NCBI GenBank assembly: GCA_945874695.1
Contig: CAMCHP010000002.1
Span: 23,473 to 87,472 of the forward strand
Origin: Chryseobacterium gleum
GTDB lineage: Bacteria > Bacteroidota > Bacteroidia > Flavobacteriales_D > Sanyastnellaceae
Length of the DNA stretch: 64,000 bases
Direction: 5' to 3'
The notes beneath the pieces are model-generated. The model was not told where the DNA came from, ran no database searches, and saw nothing but the letters and a program-made list of their open reading frames with translations. This document shows, piece after piece, positions 19,601-28,696 of this stretch (position 1 is the stretch's first letter; every line of letters begins with the position of its first letter). Made by a program: the position numbers and the translations under genes.

Positions 19601-21008
19601 TGGCGACCAATCCGAGGCTACCCACAGCAATTTCAGTCGGGGCAGTACCTGCCGCATTGTCGCGCATAAGGCGAATGGCATCTTCAGACCCTGTTTCACC
19701 GAAAAGCAAGAAATAGCCTTCTACACCGGCTGACGTGCTGCCAGAGAAGTTCAGCGTTGAACTCGTAGCGCTCAAATAAACGCGTGAAAAGTTGCTTGAA
19801 GAACCCGCAAACGTATGCCGAATGAGAAAACGCCACTCTTTATCGTTGAGCACAGCAGGCAGAAAAGAAGTGGCAATAGCGCTTTGGCCAGCGGCGGCGG
19901 CATTCAATTGAAGCCTCAAGCCGCCATTCACAATGAAATCATTTGAACTACCTGTCCAGGTCGGATTCACCGTAAAGTCGCCATCTGTGAAAGGGTCAAA
20001 AAGCAGGGGCGTACTTAAATTGTATGTGAAGGTGTTGGCCGATGGGATCATCGCATTGCCCGAGAGGTCTTCAACATTCGATGTGATTAAAGTCAAAAGA
20101 ACATCGCCCGGGAAATCCCCCGTAAATGTCAAAAACACCTGCGAGGGATTCTCCGGATTGACGGTTGCAGAAGCCGGACTTCCAACACCGTTGTTTACCG
20201 AGTAATTCGCTGTGTTTTGTGCTGAAAGCAGATCAACGCCCTCTGAAAAGGTGAGGGTGAGCGTATTCGCACTTGTTAAAAGGAGATCACTCACCACAGG
20301 CGGCTCTTGATCAACCAAAACATCGCCAAAATAGATGTCGTCGAATTGAAATCCTGCAATATTACTTGCTGTGTAGGTACACACCAATCCCAAATGCGTT
20401 GCGGTATTGTACGTTAGGTCAGTGCCCGCACCTTGGAATTGCCAGTTATTGCCGCCTGCGGGGTCGGCAAAGATTTCAAAATTGCCCGCGTCGTCACGTG
20501 TCACACGCACCGAAATTTCGAACGCTGAAGCGATAAGTGCTGGCGTGCCAACAGCGATTTCAACGGGGCTAGAGCCCGCGGCATCATCTCTAAATAAACG
20601 AATCGCGTCTTCAGAGCCTGTTTCCCCAAAGCGTAAAAAATAGCCGTTAGCACCCGCGGCGGTTGAACCGGTGAAACTCAAGTTCTCGGTTTGCGAACTC
20701 AGGTAATACCGGGTTAAGTTGTTTGCAGAGCCTGCAAAAGCTTGCTTGATGAAAAACACCCACTCTTTCTGGTCCAAACTGGTTTCTGAAAAAGCGGTGC
20801 TTAGGTACGACTGGCCCGCCACAGAGGCATTTAGCTGCAGCCTGTTTGATGCGTTCACAACAAAAGCATCGGTTGTGCCGACCCATACCGGATTAACGGT
20901 GAAATCGCCATCCGAGAAATCATCAACAACTTGAGCCTCAAGCGGAAGGAGGACTAACAGCGCACAAAAAGTGCTAAACAGACGGTAAACAGCGTGCATG
21001 GCTAACAT
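16620..21008 (-). CDS. large secreted lamin-tail-domain (LTD) protein
   Basis: Signal peptide, then a duplicated module of about 300 aa. Three LTD-like segments (VVINEIMADPSP...EFIELFN; LIINEIMAAP...EYVEIYN; IIINEMLFNP...DFVEIYN). C-terminal beta-sandwich of about 95 aa starting FSPDNDGFDD. Confidence 0.8.
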   Translation of the reverse strand: MLAMHAVYRLFSTFCALLVLLPLEAQVVDDFSDGDFTVNPVWVGTTDAFVVNASNRLQLNASVAGQSYLSTAFSETSLDQKEWVFFIKQAFAGSANNLTRYYLSSQTENLSFTGSTAAGANGYFLRFGETGSEDAIRLFRDDAAGSSPVEIAVGTPALIASAFEISVRVTRDDAGNFEIFADPAGGNNWQFQGAGTDLTYNTATHLGLVCTYTASNIAGFQFDDIYFGDVLVDQEPPVVSDLLLTSANTLTLTFSEGVDLLSAQNTANYSVNNGVGSPASATVNPENPSQVFLTFTGDFPGDVLLTLITSNVEDLSGNAMIPSANTFTYNLSTPLLFDPFTDGDFTVNPTWTGSSNDFIVNGGLRLQLNAAAAGQSAIATSFLPAVLNDKEWRFLIRHTFAGSSSNFSRVYLSATSSTLNFSGSTSAGVEGYFLLFGETGSEDAIRLMRDNAAGTAPTEIAVGSLGLVANAFEIRVKVLRDDAGNWQVLADPTGGSNYQLQAAGFDETYENSTAFGFACTYTASNIAGCEFDDVYFGPIVPDTEAPVLLSAQATGENTLSLFFNEFLDQTSAELATNYAVSDGIGVPVSAVLDENNATIVHLTFANAFPANQLLTVTASAVEDLVGNTLGSAAATFTYLVTSLPTEGDVVINEIMADPSPVLGLPEAEFIELFNASDLAFNLNGWMLVNTTTSRTLPEHLLLPGGYVILCNSTEAALFEGYGDVVGVSSWVTLTNTGDSLTLLSPESSIIDMVSYNTSWYGNTALSNGGITLERKNPFTLCSGAFNWSAAEGFQGGTPAAQNTVFDASPDLTPPSLLNFAYVGNNAVQLNFSEPLAADAAENVDVLLTPDLGEQFVLLTANREALYIQFETDFELAQSYLLTVSGISDCSGNALLNPIELELIRGFEPEPGELIINEIMAAPLATVPSPDVEYVEIYNTGSRVLDLGALDLDGAFLTQTGLIGPGEYRVLTRSEDVGAFSGIANVVGMTGFPTLTNSGRTLTLSYGNTVLDVVSYSDTWYQDPARDGGGYSLERINPAHPCSDIDNWRASQAADGHTAGAVNSVFSTIPDDAPPGLRYVLVSSPNSIDLYFDKQLDPVSPENIFIEIGIDDGAGGFTNLNYVVAQAYMLNAENRIIQVLFNGGFSAGVVYLCRVSQISDCWGNTVSTDQALNGRFAVPEPHELGDIIINEMLFNPFADGGVDFVEIYNNSSKNISIQGWQLANETDGVADNFQSVGEIPFVLYPEEYLVLTTSKLGVMPFYPNVPEDRIFEMEALPSYNIGDGVVVLADQASQVSDRVPYTEDMHYPLLRDVKGVSLERLDFNRSSTDETNWHSAAEPVGFATPGYANSQLAFALSGGFLSVAPEVFSPDNDGFDDNCLISYTLPRDGFTGNITIYDDLGRRVNRLVVNSLLGTTGSYSWDGFDEQRLKSGIGIYIIYFEAFHPDGEVLSEKATTVLGHRLD
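19089..20927 (-). repeat. intragenic tandem duplication (two modules of about 300 aa) in the LTD protein
   Basis: aa 28-330 and aa 337-640 align by eye along their whole length, for example DGDFTVNP.W.G...F.VN...LQLNA..AGQS and GYFL.FGETGSEDAIRL.RD.AAG...EIAVG, ending TYTASNIAG..FDD.YFG. Confidence 0.8.
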
Positions 21009-21028
21009 TCAAAAGTCGCTAAATATAG

Positions 21029-21036
21029 TACATTTG
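21029..21036 (+). promoter_or_regulatory. candidate -7 box (TACATTTG) for asd
   Basis: Exact TAnnTTTG 36 nt upstream of the asd ATG, in the divergent intergenic region. Confidence 0.35.
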
Positions 21037-21072
21037 GCGTGTTTTTCAGGCGGTTAACAAAATCATCATACG

Positions 21073-22077
21073 ATGACAAAATCATTGAAAGTAGCGGTAT
21101 GCGGTGCCACGGGCATGGTCGGTCGAACCATGCTGCAAGTTTTGGCTGAACGACGGTTTCCTGTGGGCGAGCTATTGCCCGTAGCATCAGCGCGTTCGGC
21201 AGGCGGGAGCATTGAATTCGCAGGCAAAACGCACACGGTACTTTCAATGGATGAGGCCCTCCTTCGCCGCCCAGACATTGCCATTTTCAGCGCGGGCGGC
21301 AGCGTGAGCCTCGAGTGGGCACCGCGCTTCGCAGCAGCAGGAACCGTAGTCATCGACAACTCATCGGCATGGCGCATGCATGAGAACCACCGCTTAATTG
21401 TGCCTGAGGTGAATGGCCACACCCTCACCAACGACGATTTCATCATCGCCAATCCGAACTGCTCTACCATTCAACTCGTGATGGCGTTGAAGCCCCTTCA
21501 CGATGCTTTTGGGGTCGAACGGGTGATCGTTTCAACCTACCAATCCATCACCGGTACAGGGGCTGCGGCGGTTGAACAAATGGAGCACGAGCGCCGCGGC
21601 GAAGACGGCAAAATGGTGTATCCTTACCCCATTGATCGCAACTGCATTCCGCATTGCGATGTGTTCTTAGACAACGATTACACCAAAGAAGAAATGAAGC
21701 TTACCCATGAAACCAAGAAGATTCTTGGCGATCAGTCGGTGCTCGTTTCTGCGACAGCGGTGCGGGTTCCTGTGATGGGCGGACATTCAGAATCGGTCAA
21801 CATCGAGTTCAAACGCGACTTCGAAATCAACGATGTTCGTCGCTTATTGCATGAGTTCCCCGGGGTGGTAGTGCAAGATCAACCCGAACTTTCAACCTAC
21901 CCCATGCCTTTGTATGCATCGGGGCGCGATGAGGTTTTTGTCGGACGAATTCGCCGCGACTTCACCCGCGAACGTGCGTTGAACCTGTGGATTGTTGCTG
22001 ACAACCTTCGCAAAGGAGCGGCGACCAATGCCATTCAAATCGCTGAACATCTCGTGGCGTCAGGCCGTTGGGCATAA
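21073..22077 (+). CDS. asd: aspartate-semialdehyde dehydrogenase
   Basis: KVAVCGATGMVGRTML Rossmann N-terminus and active-site IANPNCSTIQ. Similar to Asd over the full length. Confidence 0.95.
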   Translation: MTKSLKVAVCGATGMVGRTMLQVLAERRFPVGELLPVASARSAGGSIEFAGKTHTVLSMDEALLRRPDIAIFSAGGSVSLEWAPRFAAAGTVVIDNSSAWRMHENHRLIVPEVNGHTLTNDDFIIANPNCSTIQLVMALKPLHDAFGVERVIVSTYQSITGTGAAAVEQMEHERRGEDGKMVYPYPIDRNCIPHCDVFLDNDYTKEEMKLTHETKKILGDQSVLVSATAVRVPVMGGHSESVNIEFKRDFEINDVRRLLHEFPGVVVQDQPELSTYPMPLYASGRDEVFVGRIRRDFTRERALNLWIVADNLRKGAATNAIQIAEHLVASGRWA

Positions 22078-22113
22078 AATTTTTTTCGCCTCCGGCGGAT
22101 GGTTGAGTCATGC

Positions 22114-23370
22114 TTACTCGGGCATTTCCGAAACCGTGAGTTGTTTCTCACGTTCAATGCGCAAGGTTGGGGTGCCTCCCAAATCAAAGATTTGCCCCTT
22201 CACGCAAATGACTTGACCTTTGAGGTCTTGCTCCGGATTGTACGAGAAATTAACAAGGTGCTCTTTCTTGATGTAAACTGAAAAAATTTGGTTGGGGTAT
22301 TGCCGATCAAGGTTGAGCCAAACATTTCCACTGCGGGCGGTGCGTGATCCAACCACCGTTCCACACACAATTACTTCTTTGTTCGATCCCATGTGCAGGG
22401 CCGCCTGCCGCGTATTGAAATGTCCGCGGGGCAGGTCGGGTGCGTACAGCGGTTCAACATCACCGAGTTGGGTTTCGCTGAACCATGTCTCTGCCGTGAA
22501 GGAGGCTTCTGCCGTGGTCGGCTCTAGTTTCGGAAAGAAGTTGAGGTTCGTCAGGGCCTCTGCCTCATCAATTGAAAGGGCATACGAGACAAGAGGTTGA
22601 TCGATTTTCATGTTGGGCATGGCAAAAGCGATGCCTGCGCCTGTTTCAGGGTCAAAGGCCACCTTGACATAGGTTTCAGGTATACTCACCCCATTTAAGC
22701 TGCGCTCGATTTTAGGAAGCTGATCATTCAATACCGGAACCGTCATCACCAATAAGTAGTGCCCCGGATTTCGATAGAGGTAGGCTCGCAAGGCATCTTC
22801 CAACTCGGCCCAAGCACCGCGGTTGAATTCGGCGCGTTGCGGCGACATGTTCGAGTAATAATACGATTCAGAAAGGGCCTTAAACGACCAGCGGAAGTCA
22901 GCCGATGGGGCCAAGTGCCCCCGATCAAAACCAAATCCATCATAGGCATAGCTGCCGTCGGCTTGCAGGGTTTTCAAGAAATAGTCTTCTTCAACGGCTG
23001 AACCTGTGGCCACCTTGGGGTCAGGTCTGAAATCGTTCGTTCGCCCCACGCTGCCTGAAGTTACATCGGGTGCAATCACGTGCATCACCCAGCGGGCCTG
23101 CTCATGCGCCTCATCGTATGATAAAAACATGGCGCTGTGTTCGATCACGTCGTCGGTCGGAAAACCAGCGTCGTACATTACTCCCCGCCAATAACTCAAC
23201 TTCGCGTCTTCTAGGGCCAGTCGTATTGAATCGGCTTGTACATTAAGCTGCGTCAATTCGGCTTCGTAGCGTGCAATCGCTGGATTTGTGGGCTGCGCGG
23301 ATGCGCAAACGGCTAACACCACGAGGAAGAGGGCACCTGTAACGCGTGGCACAATTGGGTAAACTGTCAT
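22114..23370 (-). CDS. secreted DNA/RNA non-specific endonuclease with C-terminal OB-like extension
   Basis: Signal peptide. FDRGHLAPSADF matches the DRGH active-site motif of the Endonuclease_NS family. About 100 extra C-terminal residues. Confidence 0.85.
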   Translation of the reverse strand: MTVYPIVPRVTGALFLVVLAVCASAQPTNPAIARYEAELTQLNVQADSIRLALEDAKLSYWRGVMYDAGFPTDDVIEHSAMFLSYDEAHEQARWVMHVIAPDVTSGSVGRTNDFRPDPKVATGSAVEEDYFLKTLQADGSYAYDGFGFDRGHLAPSADFRWSFKALSESYYYSNMSPQRAEFNRGAWAELEDALRAYLYRNPGHYLLVMTVPVLNDQLPKIERSLNGVSIPETYVKVAFDPETGAGIAFAMPNMKIDQPLVSYALSIDEAEALTNLNFFPKLEPTTAEASFTAETWFSETQLGDVEPLYAPDLPRGHFNTRQAALHMGSNKEVIVCGTVVGSRTARSGNVWLNLDRQYPNQIFSVYIKKEHLVNFSYNPEQDLKGQVICVKGQIFDLGGTPTLRIEREKQLTVSEMPE

Positions 23371-23508
23371 GCGACGAAGTTCGGAAATTCAGACTGCATG
23401 TCACATCATCCATGTTAAATTTGAATGAACTGCGCACAATGAACCCCATTCGTCACGCGAGGGAACAACAACCTCGGTCCGATAACTTTTTCTTCCGACT
23501 TTTGTTAG

Positions 23509-23712
<204 letters not shown>

Positions 23713-23730
23713 GAGCGAAAAAAAGAACCG

Positions 23731-25758
23731 ATGAAAACTGCTGAATACACCGAATTGAGCAAAGAAACCTTTCAGGTAAGCATTCGCGAAGGCATTCCGA
23801 ACGAGCTGCCGCAGCATCCGGGGTATGATGCTTCGGTAAGCCATGCGCCCAAGCGAAAAGACATCTTAAGCGCCGAGGAAAAGAAGCTCGCTTTGCGCAA
23901 TGCACTGCGCTACTTTCCAGCGCACTTGCATGCTGAGCTGATTCGCGAATTTGCAGACGAATTGGATACGTACGGACGCATTTACATGTATCGCTATCGG
24001 GTTACAGAACCTATGAAAGCGCGGCCAATTGACTGGTACCCCGCGAAAAGCCAGCAAGCAGCGGCCATCATGTTGATGATTCAAAACAACCTCGATCCCG
24101 CGGTTGCGCAGCATCCGCATGAGCTCATCACCTACGGCGGAAACGGCGCGGTTTTTCAAAATTGGGCGCAGTATCGGTTGGTGATGCTGTACCTCGCTGA
24201 AATGACAGATGAGCAAACTTTGGTCATGTACAGCGGGCACCCCTTGGGCTTGTTCCCTTCACACGCCGATGCGCCGCGTGTTGTGGTCACCAACGGCATG
24301 ATGATTCCCAATTACTCGAAACCCGACGATTGGGAGAAGTTCAACGCGCTGGGTGTGACGCAGTACGGACAAATGACGGCCGGTTCATACATGTATATTG
24401 GTCCGCAAGGCATTGTTCACGGCACTACGATTACGGTTTTAAATGCCTTGCGCAAAATTGTAGGCGAAGGTGAAATGCGCGGGCGTTTGTTTGTTACCGC
24501 CGGCCTCGGCGGGATGAGTGGTGCGCAGCCCAAGGCAGGCAACATCGCGGGTGTGGTATCTGTAACCGCAGAAGTGAACCCCGCTGCCGCGACCAAGCGC
24601 CATGCACAAGGATGGGTTGACGAACTCATTGATGACCTTGAAACCCTTGTGAACCGTGTGAAAGCGGCGAAAGCAAAGCTTGAAACGGTATCCATTGCCT
24701 ACGTTGGCAACATCGTTGAGGTGTGGGAACGCTTTGATGCAGAGGGCATCCACATCGACCTCGGATCAGATCAAACGTCACTGCACAATCCGTGGGCCGG
24801 AGGTTACTATCCGGTAGGATTCTCGTTCGAAGCTTCAAACACCATGATGGCCGAGCAGCCGGAAGCCTTCAAAGAAGCCGTGCGCGCATCGTTGCGTCGG
24901 CATGCAGCTGCCGTTAATCGCCACACAGCGAAAGGCACCTATTTCTTCGATTACGGCAATGCCTTTTTGCTTGAAGCGTCGCGCGCCGGGGCTGATGTAA
25001 TGAGTCCCGACGGCTTGCGTTTCAAGTACCCCAGCTATGTACAAGACATTTTGGGGCCGATGTGTTTTGATTACGGATTTGGCCCATTCCGTTGGGTGTG
25101 CTGCAGTGGCGATCCTGTCGATTTAGATACCACCGATGCCATTGCACAAGAGGTTTTAGAAGGCTTGCGCGCCGTTGCACCAGCTGAAATCCGCACCCAA
25201 CTCGACGATAACATCACTTGGATCAAGAGCGCGAAGTCCAATCAAATGGTCGTGGGCTCGCAAGCGCGCATCTTGTACGCCGATGCTGAGGGTCGCATGA
25301 AAATCGCTGCAGCCTTCAACAAGGCCATACGCGACGGGCGTTTGCGCGGACCCATTGTGTTGGGCCGCGACCACCACGACGTGAGCGGAACCGACTCTCC
25401 GTACCGTGAAACATCGAACATTTATGACGGGTCAGCATTCACCGCCGACATGGCCGTGCAGAACTTCGTGGGCGACGCCTTTCGCGGTGCCACGTGGATT
25501 TCATTGCACAACGGCGGCGGCGTAGGCTGGGGCGAAGTCATCAACGGCGGTTTTGGCATGTTGATCGATGGCAGCGCCGACAGCGACCGTCGCTTGACCG
25601 CCATGCTGCATTGGGACGTCAACAACGGCATCGCCCGCCGCAGCTGGGCGCGCAATGACGAAGCCATCTTCGCTATCAAACGCGCCATGGAGCAAGAGCC
25701 CCGCTTGAAAGTTACCCTCCCCAACAAGGTCGATGACCGCTTGTTAAACGAACATTAA
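23731..25758 (+). CDS. hutU: urocanate hydratase (long, about 675-aa form)
   Basis: Similar to urocanase over the full length, including the NAD-binding TAGLGGMSGAQ and GGVGWGE regions. Confidence 0.92.
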   Translation: MKTAEYTELSKETFQVSIREGIPNELPQHPGYDASVSHAPKRKDILSAEEKKLALRNALRYFPAHLHAELIREFADELDTYGRIYMYRYRVTEPMKARPIDWYPAKSQQAAAIMLMIQNNLDPAVAQHPHELITYGGNGAVFQNWAQYRLVMLYLAEMTDEQTLVMYSGHPLGLFPSHADAPRVVVTNGMMIPNYSKPDDWEKFNALGVTQYGQMTAGSYMYIGPQGIVHGTTITVLNALRKIVGEGEMRGRLFVTAGLGGMSGAQPKAGNIAGVVSVTAEVNPAAATKRHAQGWVDELIDDLETLVNRVKAAKAKLETVSIAYVGNIVEVWERFDAEGIHIDLGSDQTSLHNPWAGGYYPVGFSFEASNTMMAEQPEAFKEAVRASLRRHAAAVNRHTAKGTYFFDYGNAFLLEASRAGADVMSPDGLRFKYPSYVQDILGPMCFDYGFGPFRWVCCSGDPVDLDTTDAIAQEVLEGLRAVAPAEIRTQLDDNITWIKSAKSNQMVVGSQARILYADAEGRMKIAAAFNKAIRDGRLRGPIVLGRDHHDVSGTDSPYRETSNIYDGSAFTADMAVQNFVGDAFRGATWISLHNGGGVGWGEVINGGFGMLIDGSADSDRRLTAMLHWDVNNGIARRSWARNDEAIFAIKRAMEQEPRLKVTLPNKVDDRLLNEH

Positions 25759-25851
25759 GGCAAGGTTTCGGAAGGGGAATGGCCTGTGTGGTAAATGAAA
25801 TCAACGTGCTTGGCCGAAGCCAGTTCACTGATTTCACTTACCTTTCGTAAT

Positions 25852-27996
25852 ATGTCGAAAAGAAAGAATAACAAGGCCCCGAAAGGCGGTGGCCATCGCC
25901 GCGACCTGCGGCAAGAAGTGATGGAGGTTTTCTACGAAAACCCCGGTAAACCCATGAACTACAAGCAAGTTGCGGGTGCAATCGGCGTGCGCGACACTTC
26001 GTTGCGCGACGTGATTGCCGCCATACTTGAAGAAGAAGCAGGCAAAGACAAATTGATCATGGCCGACAAAGGCCGCTACCAATTGCCCGCAACCGCAGGT
26101 GACCTGCTCGAAGGACGTATTGAGATCACGAAGTACGGACGTGGATTTGTCATCATTGAAGGGGTCACGAACGACCTGCAAATCCCTCGGGGTGAAACCG
26201 GAACGGCCTTGTACGGCGACCGCGTGCAGGTTTCGGTGAGCACCAATCGCCGCAAGCGCGTAGCGCGAGTGGTGGAGGTTGTGCAACGCGCCCGCAAACA
26301 ATACATCTGCATCTTTGATCAACAAAGGCATTTGGCGTTTGGTTTGCCGACCGACCAAAAAATACACATCGACTTCTTCCTCCCGCCAGATAACCGCCTC
26401 GATGCGTCGCACGGTGATAAAATTGTGGTTGAAATTGAGTCGTGGGATGATCCTGCTGACAGTCCGGTAGGTAAGGTGGTGAAAGTACTCGGCAAGCCGG
26501 GCAACAACGATGTTGAAATGCACGCCATCATGATTGAGTACGGCTTGCCGTATGAATTCCCTGAAGACGTGCTTGATGAAGCCGATGGAATTTCTAAAGT
26601 CATTAGCCCCGACGAAATCGCCCGTCGCCGCGACATGCGTGGTATTTTAACCTTTACGATTGACCCAGCAGACGCCAAAGATTTTGATGATGCGCTCTCC
26701 TTGCGCCGGCTCGAAACGGGCAATTGGGAGGTTGGTGTACACATCGCCGATGTGACGCACTACCTAAAACCGGGTACCATCCTTGACGACGAAGCCTACC
26801 AACGGGCAACCTCGGTGTACCTGGTTGACCGAACGGTTCCCATGTTGCCTGAAATCCTCAGCAACGAACTTTGTTCATTGAAGCCGCACGAAGACAAACT
26901 CTGCTTTTCAGCCATTTTTGAGCTTGATGAGGAAGCGAATGTGTTGAACAGCTGGTTCGGCCGAACGATCATCCACAGCGATCACCGCTTTGCCTACGAA
27001 GATGCGCAGGCCGTAATCGAAACCAAGCAAGGCACACACGCCGATGCGATTTTAACCCTGAATGATTTGGCTTTCAAGTTGCGTGACAAGCGTTTTGCGC
27101 GCGGCGGCATCGACTTCAATACCGAAGAGGTGAAATTTCAGCTCGACGAAAACGGCAAGCCGATTGGTGTGTATGTGAAGGAGATGAAAGAGGCCAACAA
27201 GCTCATTGAAGACTTCATGCTCTTGGCCAACATTAAGGTTGCCGAGCGTGTTGGCAAGGTGCAAGGCAATCAAACAGCACCCCCATTTGTATACCGTGTA
27301 CACGACCATCCTGAGCTTGACCGTTTGATCAAATTGCGCGAGTTTGTGAGTCGTTTTGGCTATAAAATGCCCAAACCGAACCCCGAAAACGCTGAAAATG
27401 CCATTAAAAACCTCTTGAAAGCCGTTGAAGGCACACCTGAAGAGGATGTAATAAAGGTGATGGCGATTCGAACCATGGCCAAAGCTGAATACAGCGTCAA
27501 CAACATTGGGCACTACGGCTTGGCCTTCCCGTTCTACAGCCACTTCACCTCGCCAATTCGCCGCTACCCCGACGTGATGGTGCACCGTTTGTTGCAACAC
27601 TACCTCGATGGCGGTGACCCCGTGAACGCCACCGATTACGAATTCAAATGCCGCCATTCATCGGAACAAGAGAAAAAAGCTGCTGAAGCTGAGCGCGCAT
27701 CGATTAAGTACAAACAAGTTGAGTTCTTGCTCAGCCGCATCGGCGAAAACTTTAGAGGCATGATTTCTGGGGTGACCTCGTGGGGCATTTATGTTGAGCT
27801 CGAAGGCAACAAGTGCGAAGGCATGGTGCGCTTAGACAGCATGACCGATGACCATTACATGTTCGATGAAGAGCGCATGTGCTTAATTGGCAAACGCCGC
27901 GGACAAGAATACCACTTCGGTGATCAAGTCACAATTCGCGTGATTGGCGCCGATTTGATGAAACGCCAGTTGAATTTTGCCTTAGTTTCTGAATAA
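25852..27996 (+). CDS. rnr: ribonuclease R
   Basis: RNB catalytic domain ([28 protein letters not shown]), cold-shock-like N-terminal region and C-terminal S1 domain. ATG at 25852 (MSKRKNNK...) preferred over 25795. Confidence 0.93.
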   Translation: MSKRKNNKAPKGGGHRRDLRQEVMEVFYENPGKPMNYKQVAGAIGVRDTSLRDVIAAILEEEAGKDKLIMADKGRYQLPATAGDLLEGRIEITKYGRGFVIIEGVTNDLQIPRGETGTALYGDRVQVSVSTNRRKRVARVVEVVQRARKQYICIFDQQRHLAFGLPTDQKIHIDFFLPPDNRLDASHGDKIVVEIESWDDPADSPVGKVVKVLGKPGNNDVEMHAIMIEYGLPYEFPEDVLDEADGISKVISPDEIARRRDMRGILTFTIDPADAKDFDDALSLRRLETGNWEVGVHIADVTHYLKPGTILDDEAYQRATSVYLVDRTVPMLPEILSNELCSLKPHEDKLCFSAIFELDEEANVLNSWFGRTIIHSDHRFAYEDAQAVIETKQGTHADAILTLNDLAFKLRDKRFARGGIDFNTEEVKFQLDENGKPIGVYVKEMKEANKLIEDFMLLANIKVAERVGKVQGNQTAPPFVYRVHDHPELDRLIKLREFVSRFGYKMPKPNPENAENAIKNLLKAVEGTPEEDVIKVMAIRTMAKAEYSVNNIGHYGLAFPFYSHFTSPIRRYPDVMVHRLLQHYLDGGDPVNATDYEFKCRHSSEQEKKAAEAERASIKYKQVEFLLSRIGENFRGMISGVTSWGIYVELEGNKCEGMVRLDSMTDDHYMFDEERMCLIGKRRGQEYHFGDQVTIRVIGADLMKRQLNFALVSE

Positions 27997-28006
27997 ACGG
28001 CACACG

Positions 28007-28546
28007 ATGAAAGTAAACTACAACCCATGGCATGACGCCTCTCCTGGAGATGCTTTTCCTGAAATCGTGAACGGTATTGTCGAAATATCAAAAGGATCAA
28101 GGGCAAAGTACGAACTGGATAAAGAAAGCGGACTTTTGCGGCTTGATCGGGTGCTCTATTCATCGGTCTATTACCCCGCGAATTATGGGTTTATTCCAAA
28201 GAGCTATTGTGAAGATGGCGATCCGCTCGACATTTTAATTTTGTCGCAAATCGACATCCAACCGCTGTGCCTTGTTCCCGCTAAAGTGATCGGAGTAATG
28301 CGCATGCTCGACAACAATGAAGCCGATGACAAAATCATTGCCGTTGCTGCTGGAGACCCGAGTGTGAACCACATCGAAGATATTTCGGCACTTCCGCCCC
28401 ATTTCATTTCTGAAATGCGGAATTTCTTTGAAGATTATAAGAAACTCGAAAAGAAAACGGTGGTTGTTGAAGACTTTCTGGGAAGAGCTTTGGCGCTCGA
28501 TATCATCCGAGAAAGTTTTGAGCTCTATCGAAAAACCTTCGGTTGA
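28007..28546 (+). CDS. ppa: inorganic pyrophosphatase (family I)
   Basis: [19 protein letters not shown] and DDKIIAV motifs. Starts 10 nt after the rnr stop. Confidence 0.93.
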   Translation: MKVNYNPWHDASPGDAFPEIVNGIVEISKGSRAKYELDKESGLLRLDRVLYSSVYYPANYGFIPKSYCEDGDPLDILILSQIDIQPLCLVPAKVIGVMRMLDNNEADDKIIAVAAGDPSVNHIEDISALPPHFISEMRNFFEDYKKLEKKTVVVEDFLGRALALDIIRESFELYRKTFG

Positions 28547-28565
28547 ACGAAGCTCTACCAGAAAC

Positions 28566-28593
28566 AAAAACACCTCCGCTTGGAGGTGTTTTT
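28566..28593. terminator. bidirectional rho-independent terminator shared by ppa and the tRNA
   Basis: AAAAA CACCTCC gctt GGAGGTG TTTTT: a 7-bp GC-rich stem flanked by A5 and T5. It lies 20 nt after the ppa stop and 3 nt from the tRNA 3' end on the other strand. Confidence 0.65.
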
Positions 28594-28595
28594 GC

Positions 28596-28672
28596 TGGTG
28601 CGCCCACCAGGGCTTGAACCTGGGACCCACGGATTATGAGTCCGTTGCTCTAACCAACTGAGCTATGGGCGC
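28596..28672 (-). tRNA. tRNA with CAT anticodon (elongator Met, or Ile2 if lysidine-modified), CCA encoded
   Basis: Reverse complement folds as a cloverleaf: acceptor GCGCCCA/TGGGCGC, D arm GCTC-AGTTGGTTA-GAGC, anticodon arm ACGGA-CTCATAA-TCCGT, variable GGGTC, T arm CCAGG-TTCAAGC-CCTGG, then ACCA. It lacks the three G-C pairs in the anticodon stem that mark initiators. Confidence 0.9.
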
Positions 28673-28696
28673 GCTGGGTTGGGTTGGGGTGCGAAA

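Noticed and set aside
25834-27657. Long minus-strand ORFs antisense to rnr (25834-26523, 229 aa; 27052-27657, 201 aa).
   Set aside because: They are fully embedded in the strongly supported RNase R frame. Their composition (His/Val/Phe/Arg-rich) is not protein-like and they have no motifs.
28667-28688. Four G-tracts (GGGCGCGCTGGGTTGGGTTGGGG) that could form a G-quadruplex beside the tRNA 5' end.
   Set aside because: It is a single short occurrence that partly overlaps the tRNA acceptor stem. I have no evidence of function beyond the pattern itself.
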